A DNA stretch of 32,000 nucleotides. Source: Paracoccus suum (GTDB lineage Bacteria; Pseudomonadota; Alphaproteobacteria; Rhodobacterales; Rhodobacteraceae). The DNA is taken from assembly GCF_003324675.1 (NCBI RefSeq), contig NZ_CP030918.1, positions 750,001 to 782,000 of the forward strand, written 5' to 3'. Shown here one piece after another: positions 1 to 9,294 of this stretch (positions are counted from its first letter, which is position 1; each line of letters starts with the position of its first letter). Both the position numbers and the translations under genes were made by a program. The notes beneath the pieces are model-generated. The model searched no databases. It saw only the letters and a program-made list of their open reading frames with translations, and had not been told where the DNA came from.

Positions 1-192
1 GTGCTGGTTATCACCGGCAAGGGAAAGGCGGGAGGTGTAGACGCGCCGCTGCCCGTGCGGCCCGGCGCGCTGCGCCATCATGTGCCGATGTGGCTGGGCC
101 GCGCGCCGTTAGGGCGGGTGGTGCAGCAGGTGACACCCGCGCATTTCCGTCACGGGGGCGAGGGCGCCTACTACGTCTACCTGCGCAAATGA
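1..192 (+). CDS. Smr-domain (MutS2-related small nuclease) protein, C-terminal fragment; 5' end lies outside the window
   Basis: The frame is open from the window edge to TGA at 190-192. The tail ...VITGKGK...HVPMWL...HGGEGAYYVYLRK matches the conserved end of Smr domains. A terminator hairpin follows directly. Confidence 0.6.
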   Translation: MLVITGKGKAGGVDAPLPVRPGALRHHVPMWLGRAPLGRVVQQVTPAHFRHGGEGAYYVYLRK

Positions 193-218
193 AAACCCCC
201 GCCGCCGGCGGGGGTTTT
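192..218. terminator. Bidirectional rho-independent terminator between convergent smr and the small membrane protein gene
   Basis: AAAA-CCCCCGCC (196-203), loop gcc, GGCGGGGG (207-214)-TTTT. This is a perfect 8-bp GC stem flanked by an A-run and a T-run, so it can act on both strands. Confidence 0.7.
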
Positions 219-243
219 GAGATCGGCGCGCATAATATCGCGG

Positions 244-441
244 TCAGACCCTGTTGTTATAGTTTGCCTTCGGCCCCATCAGCCACCACGCGATCAGGCC
301 AACAACCGGCAAGATCGCAACCACCAGCGTCCAGATGACCTTGGAGCGGCCGGCGGCGTCGGAATTGATGATCGAGGCGATCGCCCAGACATCAAGGGCA
401 AACAGGATGATCCCGCCGATGCCCCAGGAAGAATTGAACAT
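244..441 (-). CDS. Small (65 aa) two-TM membrane protein, PLD-nuclease-N-terminal (PLDc_N)-like
   Basis: ATG at 441 is preceded by AAAGGA. The sequence GGIILFALDVWAIASIINS...KVIWTLVVAILPVVGLIAWWLMGP has the typical PLDc_N pattern: a hydrophobic helix, D-x-W-A, basic residues, then W-x-L-V-x-x-x-P-x-x-G. Confidence 0.6.
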   Translation of the reverse strand: MFNSSWGIGGIILFALDVWAIASIINSDAAGRSKVIWTLVVAILPVVGLIAWWLMGPKANYNNRV

Positions 442-474
442 GGTCAGTCCTTTATATCCGATGGCTCGCGCCTC

Positions 475-499
475 AACCGCGCACCTGCCCGGCGGTTCC
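475..499 (-). promoter_or_regulatory. Candidate EcfG (general stress sigma) type promoter for the small membrane protein gene
   Basis: The minus strand reads GGAAC (499-495), cgccgggcaggtgcgcg (17 nt), then GTT (477-475). This fits the relaxed EcfG consensus GGAAC-N16/17-(C)GTT. It lies about 30 nt upstream of ATG 441, just past the hslU stop codon. Confidence 0.3.
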
Positions 500-501
500 G
501 T

Positions 502-1809
502 TCAGAGCACGTAACGGGACAGATCCGCCGACCGGCTGAGATCGCCCAGATGCTTTTCGACGAAATCCGCATCGAGCGTCACCGCCTCGCCCGAACGGTC
601 AGGGGCGGTAAAGCTCAGCTCCTCGAACACGCGCTCGATAACGGTGTAGAGGCGGCGGGCGCCGATGTTCTCGACGCTGCGGTTTACCTCGGCGGCGATG
701 CGGGCCAGGGCGGCGATCCCCTCCGCGGTGAAACTGACGGTGACGCCCTCGGTCTGCATCAGCGCTGTATACTGGCGCGTCAGGGCGTTGTCGGTGTCGG
801 TGAGGATGCGAACGAAGTCGCCCTCGGTCAGCGGCTTCAGCTCGACCCGGATCGGCAGGCGGCCCTGCAGTTCGGGCAACAGGTCGCTGGGTTTCGCGAC
901 GTGGAACGCGCCTGACGCAATGAACAGGATGTGGTCGGTCTTGACCGGGCCGTATTTGGTGCTGACCGTGGTGCCCTCGATCAGCGGCAGCAGGTCGCGC
1001 TGCACGCCCTCGCGGCTGATCTCGCCGCCCCGCGAATCGCCGCGGGCGCAGACCTTGTCGATCTCGTCGATAAAGACGATGCCGCTCTCCTGCACCGCCT
1101 GCAGCGCGGCCGCCTTTATCGCATCGTCATCCAGCAGCTTGTCGGCTTCCTCGGCCAACAGCAGATCATAGCTTTCGGACACCGTGACCTTACGCTTGAC
1201 CCGCCGGCCGCCAAAAGCCTTCATCAGGCCCGACAGGTCCATCATGCCGCCGATCTGCCCGCCCGGCATCCCCGGCATGTCCAGCCCCTGCAGCGGGTTC
1301 GAGGTGTCGGCCAGTTCCAGCTCGATCACGGTATCGTCCAGCTCGCCGCTTTTCAGCTTCTTGCGGAACATCTCGCGCGTGCCCTCGCGCGCATTCTCGC
1401 CGGTCAGGGCGGCGAGGACGCGGTCCTCCGCCGCGGCATGGGCGCGGGCGCGAACCTCGTCGCGCATCCGCTCGCGGGTCTCGACGATGGCGGCATCGGC
1501 CAGGTCGCGCACGATCTGCTCGACATCGCGGCCGACATAGCCGACCTCGGTGAACTTGGTCGCCTCCACCTTGATGAAGGGCGCGCGCGCCAGCTTGGCG
1601 AGGCGGCGGCTGATCTCGGTCTTGCCGACGCCGGTCGGGCCGATCATCAGGATATTCTTGGGATAAACCTCGTCGCGCAGGTCGTCGCCCAGTTGCTGGC
1701 GGCGCCAGCGGTTGCGCATGGCGACGGCCACGGCGCGCTTGGCCTCGGCCTGGCCGATGATGAAGCGGTCAAGCTCTGACACGATCTCGCGCGGGGTCAG
1801 GTCGGTCAT
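502..1809 (-). CDS. hslU: ATP-dependent protease ATPase subunit HslU
   Basis: 435 aa. N-terminus [20 protein letters not shown]..., Walker [11 protein letters not shown] and Walker [12 protein letters not shown] at 1809 has an ACGGAG SD. It sits downstream of hslV. Confidence 0.97.
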   Translation of the reverse strand: MTDLTPREIVSELDRFIIGQAEAKRAVAVAMRNRWRRQQLGDDLRDEVYPKNILMIGPTGVGKTEISRRLAKLARAPFIKVEATKFTEVGYVGRDVEQIVRDLADAAIVETRERMRDEVRARAHAAAEDRVLAALTGENAREGTREMFRKKLKSGELDDTVIELELADTSNPLQGLDMPGMPGGQIGGMMDLSGLMKAFGGRRVKRKVTVSESYDLLLAEEADKLLDDDAIKAAALQAVQESGIVFIDEIDKVCARGDSRGGEISREGVQRDLLPLIEGTTVSTKYGPVKTDHILFIASGAFHVAKPSDLLPELQGRLPIRVELKPLTEGDFVRILTDTDNALTRQYTALMQTEGVTVSFTAEGIAALARIAAEVNRSVENIGARRLYTVIERVFEELSFTAPDRSGEAVTLDADFVEKHLGDLSRSADLSRYVL

Positions 1810-1860
1810 CGAAAACTCCGTTGTGGGTGCCCGGTGGTCAGCGGGCGGGATCGGCTGGCG

Positions 1861-2421
1861 TCAGGGCGCGCCGATCGCCTCGACCGTCAGATTGCCGTTG
1901 GTGTAGACGCAGATGTCGGCCGCGATGGCCATCGCCTTGCGTGCGACGGTCTCAGCATCGGCCTCGCCCTCCATCAGTCCGCGCGCCGCGGCGAGGGCGA
2001 AGTTCCCGCCCGAGCCGATGGCGGCCACGTCATGCTCCGGCTCCAGTACGTCGCCGGCGCCGGTGACGACGTAGAGTTGCGCGCCGTCGGTCACCAGCAG
2101 CATCGCCTCGAGGTTGCGCAGGTACTTGTCGGTGCGCCAGTCCTTGGCCAACTCGACGCAGGCGCGCTGCAACTGGCCGGGCGCTGCCTCAAGCTTCTTT
2201 TCCAGCCGTTCCAGCAGGGTGAAGGCATCGGCGGTGCTGCCGGCAAAGCCGACCACGACCTCGTGCCCGCCGGGCGAGAGGCGGCGCACCTTGCGGGCCG
2301 TACCCTTCATCACTGTCTGGCCGACGCTGACCTGCCCGTCGCCCGCGACCACCACCTTGCCGCCGCGGCGCACGGCGATGATCGTCGTGCCGTGCCAACC
2401 CGGAAACCTGTCCTCGGCCAT
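1861..2421 (-). CDS. hslV: ATP-dependent protease subunit HslV
   Basis: The ...[23 protein letters not shown]... motif (catalytic Thr after the propeptide) is typical of HslV. The ORF extends to ATG 2433, but ATG 2421 has a GAGGA SD at proper spacing, so it is preferred. Confidence 0.93.
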   Translation of the reverse strand: MAEDRFPGWHGTTIIAVRRGGKVVVAGDGQVSVGQTVMKGTARKVRRLSPGGHEVVVGFAGSTADAFTLLERLEKKLEAAPGQLQRACVELAKDWRTDKYLRNLEAMLLVTDGAQLYVVTGAGDVLEPEHDVAAIGSGGNFALAAARGLMEGEADAETVARKAMAIAADICVYTNGNLTVEAIGAP

Positions 2422-2448
2422 GTCCGTCCTCATTCTGCCTGCCCGCCG

Positions 2449-2477
2449 ACTTAGGTTTCCCGGCCGTCATGGAAAAG
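2449..2477 (-). promoter_or_regulatory. Possible sigma-32 (RpoH) type heat-shock promoter for hslVU
   Basis: The minus strand reads CTTTTCC (2477-2471), 15 nt, then CCTAAGT (2455-2449). This only loosely resembles CTTGAAA-N13-15-CCCCATNT. hslVU is a classical RpoH regulon member. Confidence 0.25.
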
Positions 2478-2504
2478 GGCGCGGCACCAAGTGATGCCGC
2501 GCCC
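2473..2504 (-). terminator. Rho-independent terminator downstream of trxA
   Basis: A 10-bp stem pairs GGGCGCGGCA (2477-2486) with TGCCGCGCCC (2495-2504) around an 8-nt loop. On the minus strand the stem is followed by CTTTTCC. Confidence 0.6.
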
Positions 2505-2522
2505 CTGTCTGTACTGGCGTTC

Positions 2523-2843
2523 TCAGATTGCTCCGTCGATCCAGCTTTTCAGCGCTGCCTTGGGCGCGGCGCCGGTCTTGCTGCCGACAACCTGGCCGTC
2601 CTTGAAGACGAAGAGCGCGGGGATGCCGCGCACGCCCAACTCGGCCGGGGCCTCGGGGTTCTCGTCCACGTTGATCTTCACGATCTTGACGCGGTCGCCA
2701 TATTCATCGGACAGCGCCTCGAGGTCCGGGCCGATCTGACGGCAGGGTCCACACCAAGGCGCCCAGAAATCGACGACCACGGGGGTCGCGGACTTGCGGA
2801 CTTCGGCGTCAAATTGGGCATCGGTCACGGCTTGGGTGGCCAT
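2523..2843 (-). CDS. trxA: Thioredoxin
   Basis: [15 protein letters not shown]...[17 protein letters not shown] contains the WCGPC active site. ATG 2843 has a perfect AGGAGAG SD. The ORF-track start at 2849 is a GTG two codons upstream. Confidence 0.95.
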   Translation of the reverse strand: MATQAVTDAQFDAEVRKSATPVVVDFWAPWCGPCRQIGPDLEALSDEYGDRVKIVKINVDENPEAPAELGVRGIPALFVFKDGQVVGSKTGAAPKAALKSWIDGAI

Positions 2844-2900
2844 CGGCACTCTCCTGATATCATCCGTTCGGGTCAGAGCTAAGATCGGACCTGACCATGG

Positions 2901-5900
2901 TCAACCCACCGGCCCACCTGCGGCCAAGGCGGCAACGGCGCCCGTCATGGCGCGGTCCAGCAGAGCATCGTCGAGCCGCACCAGCAGGCGGGCACGCGTC
3001 CACAGGACCGCCGCCTCGACCGGTCGGTCCGGCCAGATCAGCCGCAGGGCCGCGCGATAGGCCGCCATCTGCCGCAGGATGCCGGGCGGGGTGGCCTCGG
3101 CCGCGTCAGGAACCACGACATTCGATTTGTAATCAATGACGACGATGCGATCGGGGCCGACGATCAGCCGGTCCACTTTGCCCGACAGCGTGCCCAATCC
3201 CGGCAGCGGCGCGCTGAGGTCAACCTCGCGCAGCACTGTGTCGCCGGGAGCGGGGGCGAAGACCGCCGCCAGGTCGGGCGCAGACAGGATCGCGGCCACC
3301 TCGGCCAGAAGGTCGGCGCGGGCCTCGGGGGTCGGCAGGCCGCCCTCGGCCGAGGCCAGCAGCGCGTCCGCGCGGTCCGGCCAATCGTCGGGCGGGAAGT
3401 CGGGCAGGTGCTCCAGCAGCAGGTGCAGGCGGGTGCCCGCCAGCATCGCGGCCTCGGCATCCTGTGCGTCGGAGGTCCCCGACCCGAAAACGATCTTGGC
3501 CCCGCCCAGGGCAGTCGGCGCAATCGGCCCGCGATCGGCCGCGGGGGTTGCCTGCGGCGGCCGGCGCAGCCAGTCGGGCGCGGGCTCGGGGCGGCTATCG
3601 GACGCGTCCCCCTGTTGCTGTTTCGTCACCTCGGCCGGCCAGTCACCAAAGGCGAGGCGAGCAACCGGGCCGGTGCCCTCGACCATCTCCGGCAGTTCGG
3701 TGCAGGCGAAGCCCGCGTTGCCCTCTGTCCCCGATGCGGTCGCCTGAAAGCCGTTCGTGACCATCGCATGCCAGCTGTCGGTGTCCGCGCCCGTCTCGCC
3801 GGCGGCCGCGATGATGAGCCAGCTTTCCGCACGTGTCAGGGCGACGTAGAGCAGGCGCCGGCTCTCCTCGGCCTGGCGCGCCTCGTGCGCCGCCACGGCC
3901 TCGGCAAGCACCGGGGGGCGGCTGTCCTTGCTGAGGCGCAGGACCGCCGGGCGCTTCGCCAAGGGCAGCACGGTTCCAGACGACGGCTTTCTGCGCATCG
4001 CCGTGTCCGGCAGGATCACCACCGGGCTTTCCAGACCCTTGGCGCCATGCACGGTCATCACCCGGATCAGGCCGCCCCCGCCGCTTGCCGGACTGCGCTT
4101 GATCTCGACCTCGTCCTCGCCCAGCCAGACCAGAAAGCCGGTCAGGGTTGGCACACCACTGCGCTCGTAAGCCAGCGACTGGCTGAGCAATTCGTCGATT
4201 CCGTCCTCTGCCTCGGGGCCGAGGCGGGCGATCAGCCGGGCGCGCCCGCCGTGTCGGATCAGCATCCGCGAGAGCAGATCATGCGGGCGCATGAATCCGG
4301 AAACCCCGATCAGGTCCGAGATCAGCGCCCGTGCCGCGGCGATGCCCGGCCCCAGATCGTCCGGCGCCTCGCGCAGCGCCTGCCACAGACTCGCCGGCCG
4401 GCCAGCGGCCAGCCGCCACAACCCGACCTCGTCGACATCGAACAAGGGCGAGCGCAAGGCGGCCGCCAGCGACAGGTCGTCCTCCGGCGTGGCCAGCACC
4501 GACAGCACCGCGCGCAGATCGCGCACCGCCAGTTCGGCCGCCAGCTTCAGGCGGTCGGCACCCGCGACCGGCAGCCGCGCGGCCTTCAGCGCGCGGATCA
4601 GGTCGTGGAACACCTCGCTGCGGCGCTGCACCAGGATCAGCACATCGCCCGGCACCATCGGACGGACCGAGCCGTCCCGATGGCGCAGCGGCGTGCCGAG
4701 CATCCCTTCGATCTGCCGGGCGATCGCGGCTGAGAGGCGCACGACGGCCGATTGCGGCTCAGGCTGGGGGGCGGTGTCGTCCCACTCCAGCGCCTCCGGC
4801 GCCTCGGCTTTCGGCACGGCAGGCCACAGATCGACCCGGCCCGGCTGGCCGGTGTTGAAGGCCCGGTGCCGCATCGTGCCGCCGAGACCCTGGCCCGCGT
4901 CGCCCTCGAACACCCGGTCGACCAAGGCCAGGACGGCGGGCGACGAGCGGAAGGAATATTCCAGCGCCGATTGCTGCATCGGCCGCCGGATGGCCGCAAA
5001 GTCCTGGGTAAAGCGCGCGCGGCGCTCGGCAAACACCTGAACGTCGGCGCCTTGAAAGGAATAGATCGACTGCTTGGGATCGCCGACCACGAACAGCGTG
5101 CGGCCGGTGGTCCCGGAGGCTTCGCGCGCACCTTCCCCGGCGGTGAACTCGGCAATCAGACGCTCGATCACCAGCCACTGCTCGGGGCTGGTGTCCTGCG
5201 CCTCGTCCACGAGAATATGGTCGATCCCTCCATCCAACCGGAACAGGACCCATTGCGCCATCGAGGCCGAGGACAGCAGCAACCCGACCCGAGCGATCAG
5301 ATCGTCGAAATCCAGCCAGCCCTGTGCCCGCTTGGCGTCGGCATATCGGGCGGTGAAGGCATGGGCGAAGCGGTGCAGCGCGGCGGTGCGCTGGCAGAAC
5401 TCCAGCGCGAGGCGGCGGGGGCGGGCGCCCTTGACCCGGCGCATCAGGTCGTCGAAGCGGTCCACCAGATGCGCGCAGGCCCCGTCGCGCAGACCCTTGG
5501 TCGGGATCTTGCCGACCTTGGCCGCAAAAGGCTCATTCGCGCCACTGCCGGTCAGCAACTGATGTTCCAGCACAGCAAGCGCGGCGAGGTCGGGCTGGTC
5601 CCAGTCCACGGTCCCCAGCGCCTTTGCCAGTTTCGCATCATTGGGGCCGCTGGCCGCCAGCAGTGGCTGCAGTTCGGCCAGCAATTGCGCATCGCCCGGC
5701 GTCATCACCGCGGCCAGCAGGTGGTCAGGCTCAAACGGATAAGGCAGGCCGGCAAAGCCCCACAGCTCCGCCGGGTCCAGCGGGGTGTCCAGGCGTGCCT
5801 CAGCCCGCGAGACGGCGGCGAGGAAACGGTCCAGCTCGTGCCCGCTATGCAGGCTGACCAGATCGGCGATCTCGGGCGCGCCTTCCTCGGCCATCTCCTC

Positions 5901-6371
5901 GATGATATCGGCGCGCAGTTGAGCGGCGCTGCGCTCGTCCAGTTCGGCAAAGCCGACCGGCACCCCGGCCTCCAGCGGAAAACGGCGGAGGATGGCCGCG
6001 CAGAAGGCGTGGATGGTCTGCACCTTCAACCCGCCCGGCGTCTCGATGGCGCGGGCAAACAGGCGCCGCGCCTCGGCCAGATCGGCGCCGCTGGCATCCG
6101 CCCCCATGGCCTCCAACTCGGCCACCAGTTGCGCGTCCGGCAGCATCGCCCAGCCGCCGAGGCGCGAGAGCAGGCGGATCTGCATCTCGCTGGCCGCGGC
6201 CTTGGTGTAGGTCAGGCACAAGATCCGCTCTGGGGGGGTGCCTGACAGCAGTAATCGAGCGACGCGGTCAGTCAGAACCCGCGTCTTGCCCGATCCGGCG
6301 TTGGCCGTCAGCCAGATCGAGTGGAGCGGATTGGCCGCCGCGATCTGGTGGCGGGTGGCGTCATCAGTCAT
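2901..6371 (-). CDS. addA: Double-strand break repair helicase-nuclease subunit AddA (UvrD-type helicase plus C-terminal PD-(D/E)XK nuclease)
   Basis: About 1156 aa. Walker A ANAGSGKTRVLT, DExQ-like box ILVDEAQDTSP, TVHGAKGLE and a C-terminal nuclease motif RIVVIDYKSN. The start MTDDATRHQIAAANP at ATG 6371 overlaps the addB stop by 8 nt. Confidence 0.93.
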   Translation of the reverse strand: MTDDATRHQIAAANPLHSIWLTANAGSGKTRVLTDRVARLLLSGTPPERILCLTYTKAAASEMQIRLLSRLGGWAMLPDAQLVAELEAMGADASGADLAEARRLFARAIETPGGLKVQTIHAFCAAILRRFPLEAGVPVGFAELDERSAAQLRADIIEEMAEEGAPEIADLVSLHSGHELDRFLAAVSRAEARLDTPLDPAELWGFAGLPYPFEPDHLLAAVMTPGDAQLLAELQPLLAASGPNDAKLAKALGTVDWDQPDLAALAVLEHQLLTGSGANEPFAAKVGKIPTKGLRDGACAHLVDRFDDLMRRVKGARPRRLALEFCQRTAALHRFAHAFTARYADAKRAQGWLDFDDLIARVGLLLSSASMAQWVLFRLDGGIDHILVDEAQDTSPEQWLVIERLIAEFTAGEGAREASGTTGRTLFVVGDPKQSIYSFQGADVQVFAERRARFTQDFAAIRRPMQQSALEYSFRSSPAVLALVDRVFEGDAGQGLGGTMRHRAFNTGQPGRVDLWPAVPKAEAPEALEWDDTAPQPEPQSAVVRLSAAIARQIEGMLGTPLRHRDGSVRPMVPGDVLILVQRRSEVFHDLIRALKAARLPVAGADRLKLAAELAVRDLRAVLSVLATPEDDLSLAAALRSPLFDVDEVGLWRLAAGRPASLWQALREAPDDLGPGIAAARALISDLIGVSGFMRPHDLLSRMLIRHGGRARLIARLGPEAEDGIDELLSQSLAYERSGVPTLTGFLVWLGEDEVEIKRSPASGGGGLIRVMTVHGAKGLESPVVILPDTAMRRKPSSGTVLPLAKRPAVLRLSKDSRPPVLAEAVAAHEARQAEESRRLLYVALTRAESWLIIAAAGETGADTDSWHAMVTNGFQATASGTEGNAGFACTELPEMVEGTGPVARLAFGDWPAEVTKQQQGDASDSRPEPAPDWLRRPPQATPAADRGPIAPTALGGAKIVFGSGTSDAQDAEAAMLAGTRLHLLLEHLPDFPPDDWPDRADALLASAEGGLPTPEARADLLAEVAAILSAPDLAAVFAPAPGDTVLREVDLSAPLPGLGTLSGKVDRLIVGPDRIVVIDYKSNVVVPDAAEATPPGILRQMAAYRAALRLIWPDRPVEAAVLWTRARLLVRLDDALLDRAMTGAVAALAAGGPVG

Positions 6372-9294
6372 TTGCGGCCCCCGGCGGGTGGGCGAGGGCG
6401 ATCTGGGTCGGCAGCGTCTCCGGCCCCCACTCGCCGGCGCGCGACAGATGCTCATAATCCGAGGCATGGCCGCCCGCGGTCCGGCGCGCGGTGAAGCCGG
6501 CAGTCCCAGTCAGATAGCGCATCGCCAGGGCGACAAAGCGGTCCCAGGTCTCGGCAACCGCGTCCTCGGACATGGTGCGGTCCTCTGTCATACCTTTGCC
6601 GCCGAGATGGATGTAGGCCATGCCCTCGACCTGTGCGGCGCCGGGCGGCACGAACGCGCCCCGTGTCAGCAGCGCCGCCGTCAGCGGCAGTTGCTTGTCG
6701 TGGCTCTCGATATCCCTGGCGCTCGGCGGGCTGCCGGTCTTGTAGTCATAGACTCGGGCCGCCCCGCCTGGCAGCAGGTCGATCCGGTCGGGCTGCGCGA
6801 CCAGCCGCAGCGACAGGGCCGGGTCCGGCAGGGGGACCGCAAAGAGGGTCTTGCGCTCGATCACGATCGGCTGGCCCTCGGCGAGGCGCACGGCCTCGTC
6901 CGCCATCAGTTGCGGCGCGATCTGCCGAAGGCGGTGCATCCAGAAGGCGCGCGCCGAGGGCCAAGGCACCTGCTGGGCCAGGACGTCATCGGCGATTGCC
7001 ATGAAGCGGGCCGCCAGCACATCCGGTGGCGTTCCCGGTGCCGGCGCGGGGGATAGAAAGCGGCGGGTGATTTCGTGCAATACGGTGCCGCGCAGGCTGG
7101 CGTCGGCCTCTGGCCGCAGGGGCGGCAGGGGGCGCAGGCGCAGGACTGCGCTGGCATAGATCGCATAGGGATCGCGGATCAGCGTCGCGACCTGGGTGAC
7201 AGAGATGCTGGAAAAGGCTGGGCTGGGAGGGCGGGGCGCGGGACGGGGCGCGGGCGGGATCGCGGTCCCGGGGCGGGCCAGTTCCTCGGCAAGAGACAGA
7301 TACCGCTGGCCGCGCGTCTGCATCGCCTTCAGCGCAGCGGGCCCGTTCTGACCGGGCAATCCCTTCATCAGGTTCACGAGCCGGTTCAGCCAGCGCGAAG
7401 GTACGGTTTCAGCCTCGGCATCGCGCGCGGCCCGCGTCAGAATTACCGCCTCAGCGGCGACGGCCTGCTGAAAGTCATGCGCGGCAAGGCCGATGGCGCG
7501 CTCCGGCAGGGTCAGCCCGGCCGCCGCGCGCATCTGCCGGCTGAGCCACGGATCGGGCGCGGGGGCCTGCGGCCAGCTACCCTCGTTCAGCCCGCCGAGG
7601 ATGACGAGGCCGGTCGCCTCGGTGCGCGCCTCGCGCGGGCCACGGATGCGGATCAGGGGGTGGGGCGGCGTTTCGGCCCGGACGGCTTGGGCCTGCAATT
7701 CGGCATCCAGCAAGGCGGCGAAATCACGCGCGGTCAGCCAGTGCAAGGTGTCGGCCTGCGATGTGAGGTGGTCGAGAACGCCGCGCGCCAGCCCGCCCGC
7801 CTGGCGGGCAAAGAGCGAGGAGCGCGCAGCATCGCCCCCCGGCCCGGCCGCCAGCGCCTCGGCCAGCGCGCGGTGCCGGGCCAGCCGGTCCGGCAGCGGC
7901 AGGGGCTCACGGTCGGTGCCGAGCGGCACGATCCGGTCGAGGAGATCGGCCAGCCAGCCGCCCCACGCCTCGCGCCCCGCAGTCGCGGCCCAGCCGCGCA
8001 GGAAATCGCCGGTCGGGAAGGCCGGACCGTTGCGGCGCAGGTGCAGTTCCAGATCACGCGTCAGTCGCAGATGGTCGCCCGGCGCGCCGGTGCCGCTGGC
8101 CGTGACCTGGCTTTTCAGCAGCGCCAGCAGGGAATCGAGCGTCAGCGGCCGACCGTGCAGCGCCGCGACCTGTCGCAGGAACATGCCCGGCGCGGTCAGC
8201 GACAACGGCTGGCCGGCGCTGTCGTCCGCCACCAGATCCCAACGGTCGAGAGCCGCGGCCACCCGCCGGGTCAGCAGCCGGTCGGCAGCGATCAGGGTGA
8301 CGCGGCGCCCGGCTTCTACCGCCTCGCGGATGGCGATGGCGATGGCCTCGGCCTCCGCCTGCGGCGTCCGCGCCTCGATGAGGGTCAGCGCAGCGGTGGG
8401 GGGCAGCAGATCGCCGAGGCGCGGCCCCTCGGCGATCCATTGGTCGGTAACAGGCGCGGGACGCAGGGCCAGCGAAATCAGTCGGTTGCGACCCTGGTCC
8501 GGCGCGGCATCCGTCCAAGGTGCAGGGGCGCCAAACTCGGCCAAGAGGGGCGCGAAGCGGGACTGCGGATGATCGCCCGCGCTGCCGGCCAGCGCCGACC
8601 AGACCGCCGGAGGCTGGGTCATGTCAAAGCCGGGCAGGATCACCGCGCCCTGCGGCAGGCTGGCCACCGCCCGCAGGAACAGCTGGGTCGCGCCATGCGA
8701 GCCGGTCGAGCCCGCGACAATCACGGAGCCATCCGGACGGTTGCGGCCAGCGGCCCAATCGGCCGCGAGACATTCCGCGGCCACACGCTGACGGGCCTCG
8801 CGGTCGCGCACATCGCCTGTCAGGGCAAAACGCGCAGCAATCGTCAGGAAATCCTGCGACAGGCGCCAGTGCTCGGCGTGATCGCCGACATCCAGGCGGT
8901 CGAACACGTCGGGCGGGCAACCCTCGGACTGCATCTCGGCCATCAGCCCGGCAAGCGAGCGGGCCAGTTCCGGCACCGCCTGGCCGCCTGCCAGCGCCGG
9001 GCGCCGCGCCACCAGCCCGGAAATGAGCGCGCCGAGGTCAAGCCGCCGTCCCAGCGGCGCGGCGATCGGACCGTCGCCAAGGTCGGCGATCAGGCGCAGG
9101 CGGGGCATCAGCAGCGGGCCGCGCGCCTCGAACGCCGCCCGCAGCGCGTTCATCGTGCGCAGCGAGTTGGCATGGATCGTGACCTGCGCCAGCGTCTCGG
9201 GGGGCTGGCCGGCGTTGCGCTTCAGCAGACCATCTACCACGCCGGCCGCGAAATCCGCCCCCGGGGGCAGCGCGTAAAGACCGCCGAGCTTCAC
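6364..9294 (-). CDS. addB: Double-strand break repair protein AddB (alphaproteobacterial type)
   Basis: About 976 aa. It is adjacent to and overlapping addA, and has the C-terminal nuclease motif RVYDYKTGSPP...HDKQLPL. GTG 9294 forms a GTGA overlap with the upstream gene's stop. The longer ORF-track extension to 9414 is Arg/Pro-rich junk. Confidence 0.88.
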   Translation of the reverse strand: MKLGGLYALPPGADFAAGVVDGLLKRNAGQPPETLAQVTIHANSLRTMNALRAAFEARGPLLMPRLRLIADLGDGPIAAPLGRRLDLGALISGLVARRPALAGGQAVPELARSLAGLMAEMQSEGCPPDVFDRLDVGDHAEHWRLSQDFLTIAARFALTGDVRDREARQRVAAECLAADWAAGRNRPDGSVIVAGSTGSHGATQLFLRAVASLPQGAVILPGFDMTQPPAVWSALAGSAGDHPQSRFAPLLAEFGAPAPWTDAAPDQGRNRLISLALRPAPVTDQWIAEGPRLGDLLPPTAALTLIEARTPQAEAEAIAIAIREAVEAGRRVTLIAADRLLTRRVAAALDRWDLVADDSAGQPLSLTAPGMFLRQVAALHGRPLTLDSLLALLKSQVTASGTGAPGDHLRLTRDLELHLRRNGPAFPTGDFLRGWAATAGREAWGGWLADLLDRIVPLGTDREPLPLPDRLARHRALAEALAAGPGGDAARSSLFARQAGGLARGVLDHLTSQADTLHWLTARDFAALLDAELQAQAVRAETPPHPLIRIRGPREARTEATGLVILGGLNEGSWPQAPAPDPWLSRQMRAAAGLTLPERAIGLAAHDFQQAVAAEAVILTRAARDAEAETVPSRWLNRLVNLMKGLPGQNGPAALKAMQTRGQRYLSLAEELARPGTAIPPAPRPAPRPPSPAFSSISVTQVATLIRDPYAIYASAVLRLRPLPPLRPEADASLRGTVLHEITRRFLSPAPAPGTPPDVLAARFMAIADDVLAQQVPWPSARAFWMHRLRQIAPQLMADEAVRLAEGQPIVIERKTLFAVPLPDPALSLRLVAQPDRIDLLPGGAARVYDYKTGSPPSARDIESHDKQLPLTAALLTRGAFVPPGAAQVEGMAYIHLGGKGMTEDRTMSEDAVAETWDRFVALAMRYLTGTAGFTARRTAGGHASDYEHLSRAGEWGPETLPTQIALAHPPGAAND

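Noticed and set aside
2861-2897. Hairpin GGTCAG-N14-CTGACC between the addA stop and the trxA start
   Set aside because: The stem is only 6 bp with a 14-nt loop. It is unlikely to be a functional terminator. The region is more simply the trxA promoter and SD region.
3408-6245. Plus-strand ORFs of 441 aa and 497 aa
   Set aside because: They are antisense to addA, whose helicase and nuclease motifs are unambiguous. The composition is the same artefactual Arg/Gly-rich type.
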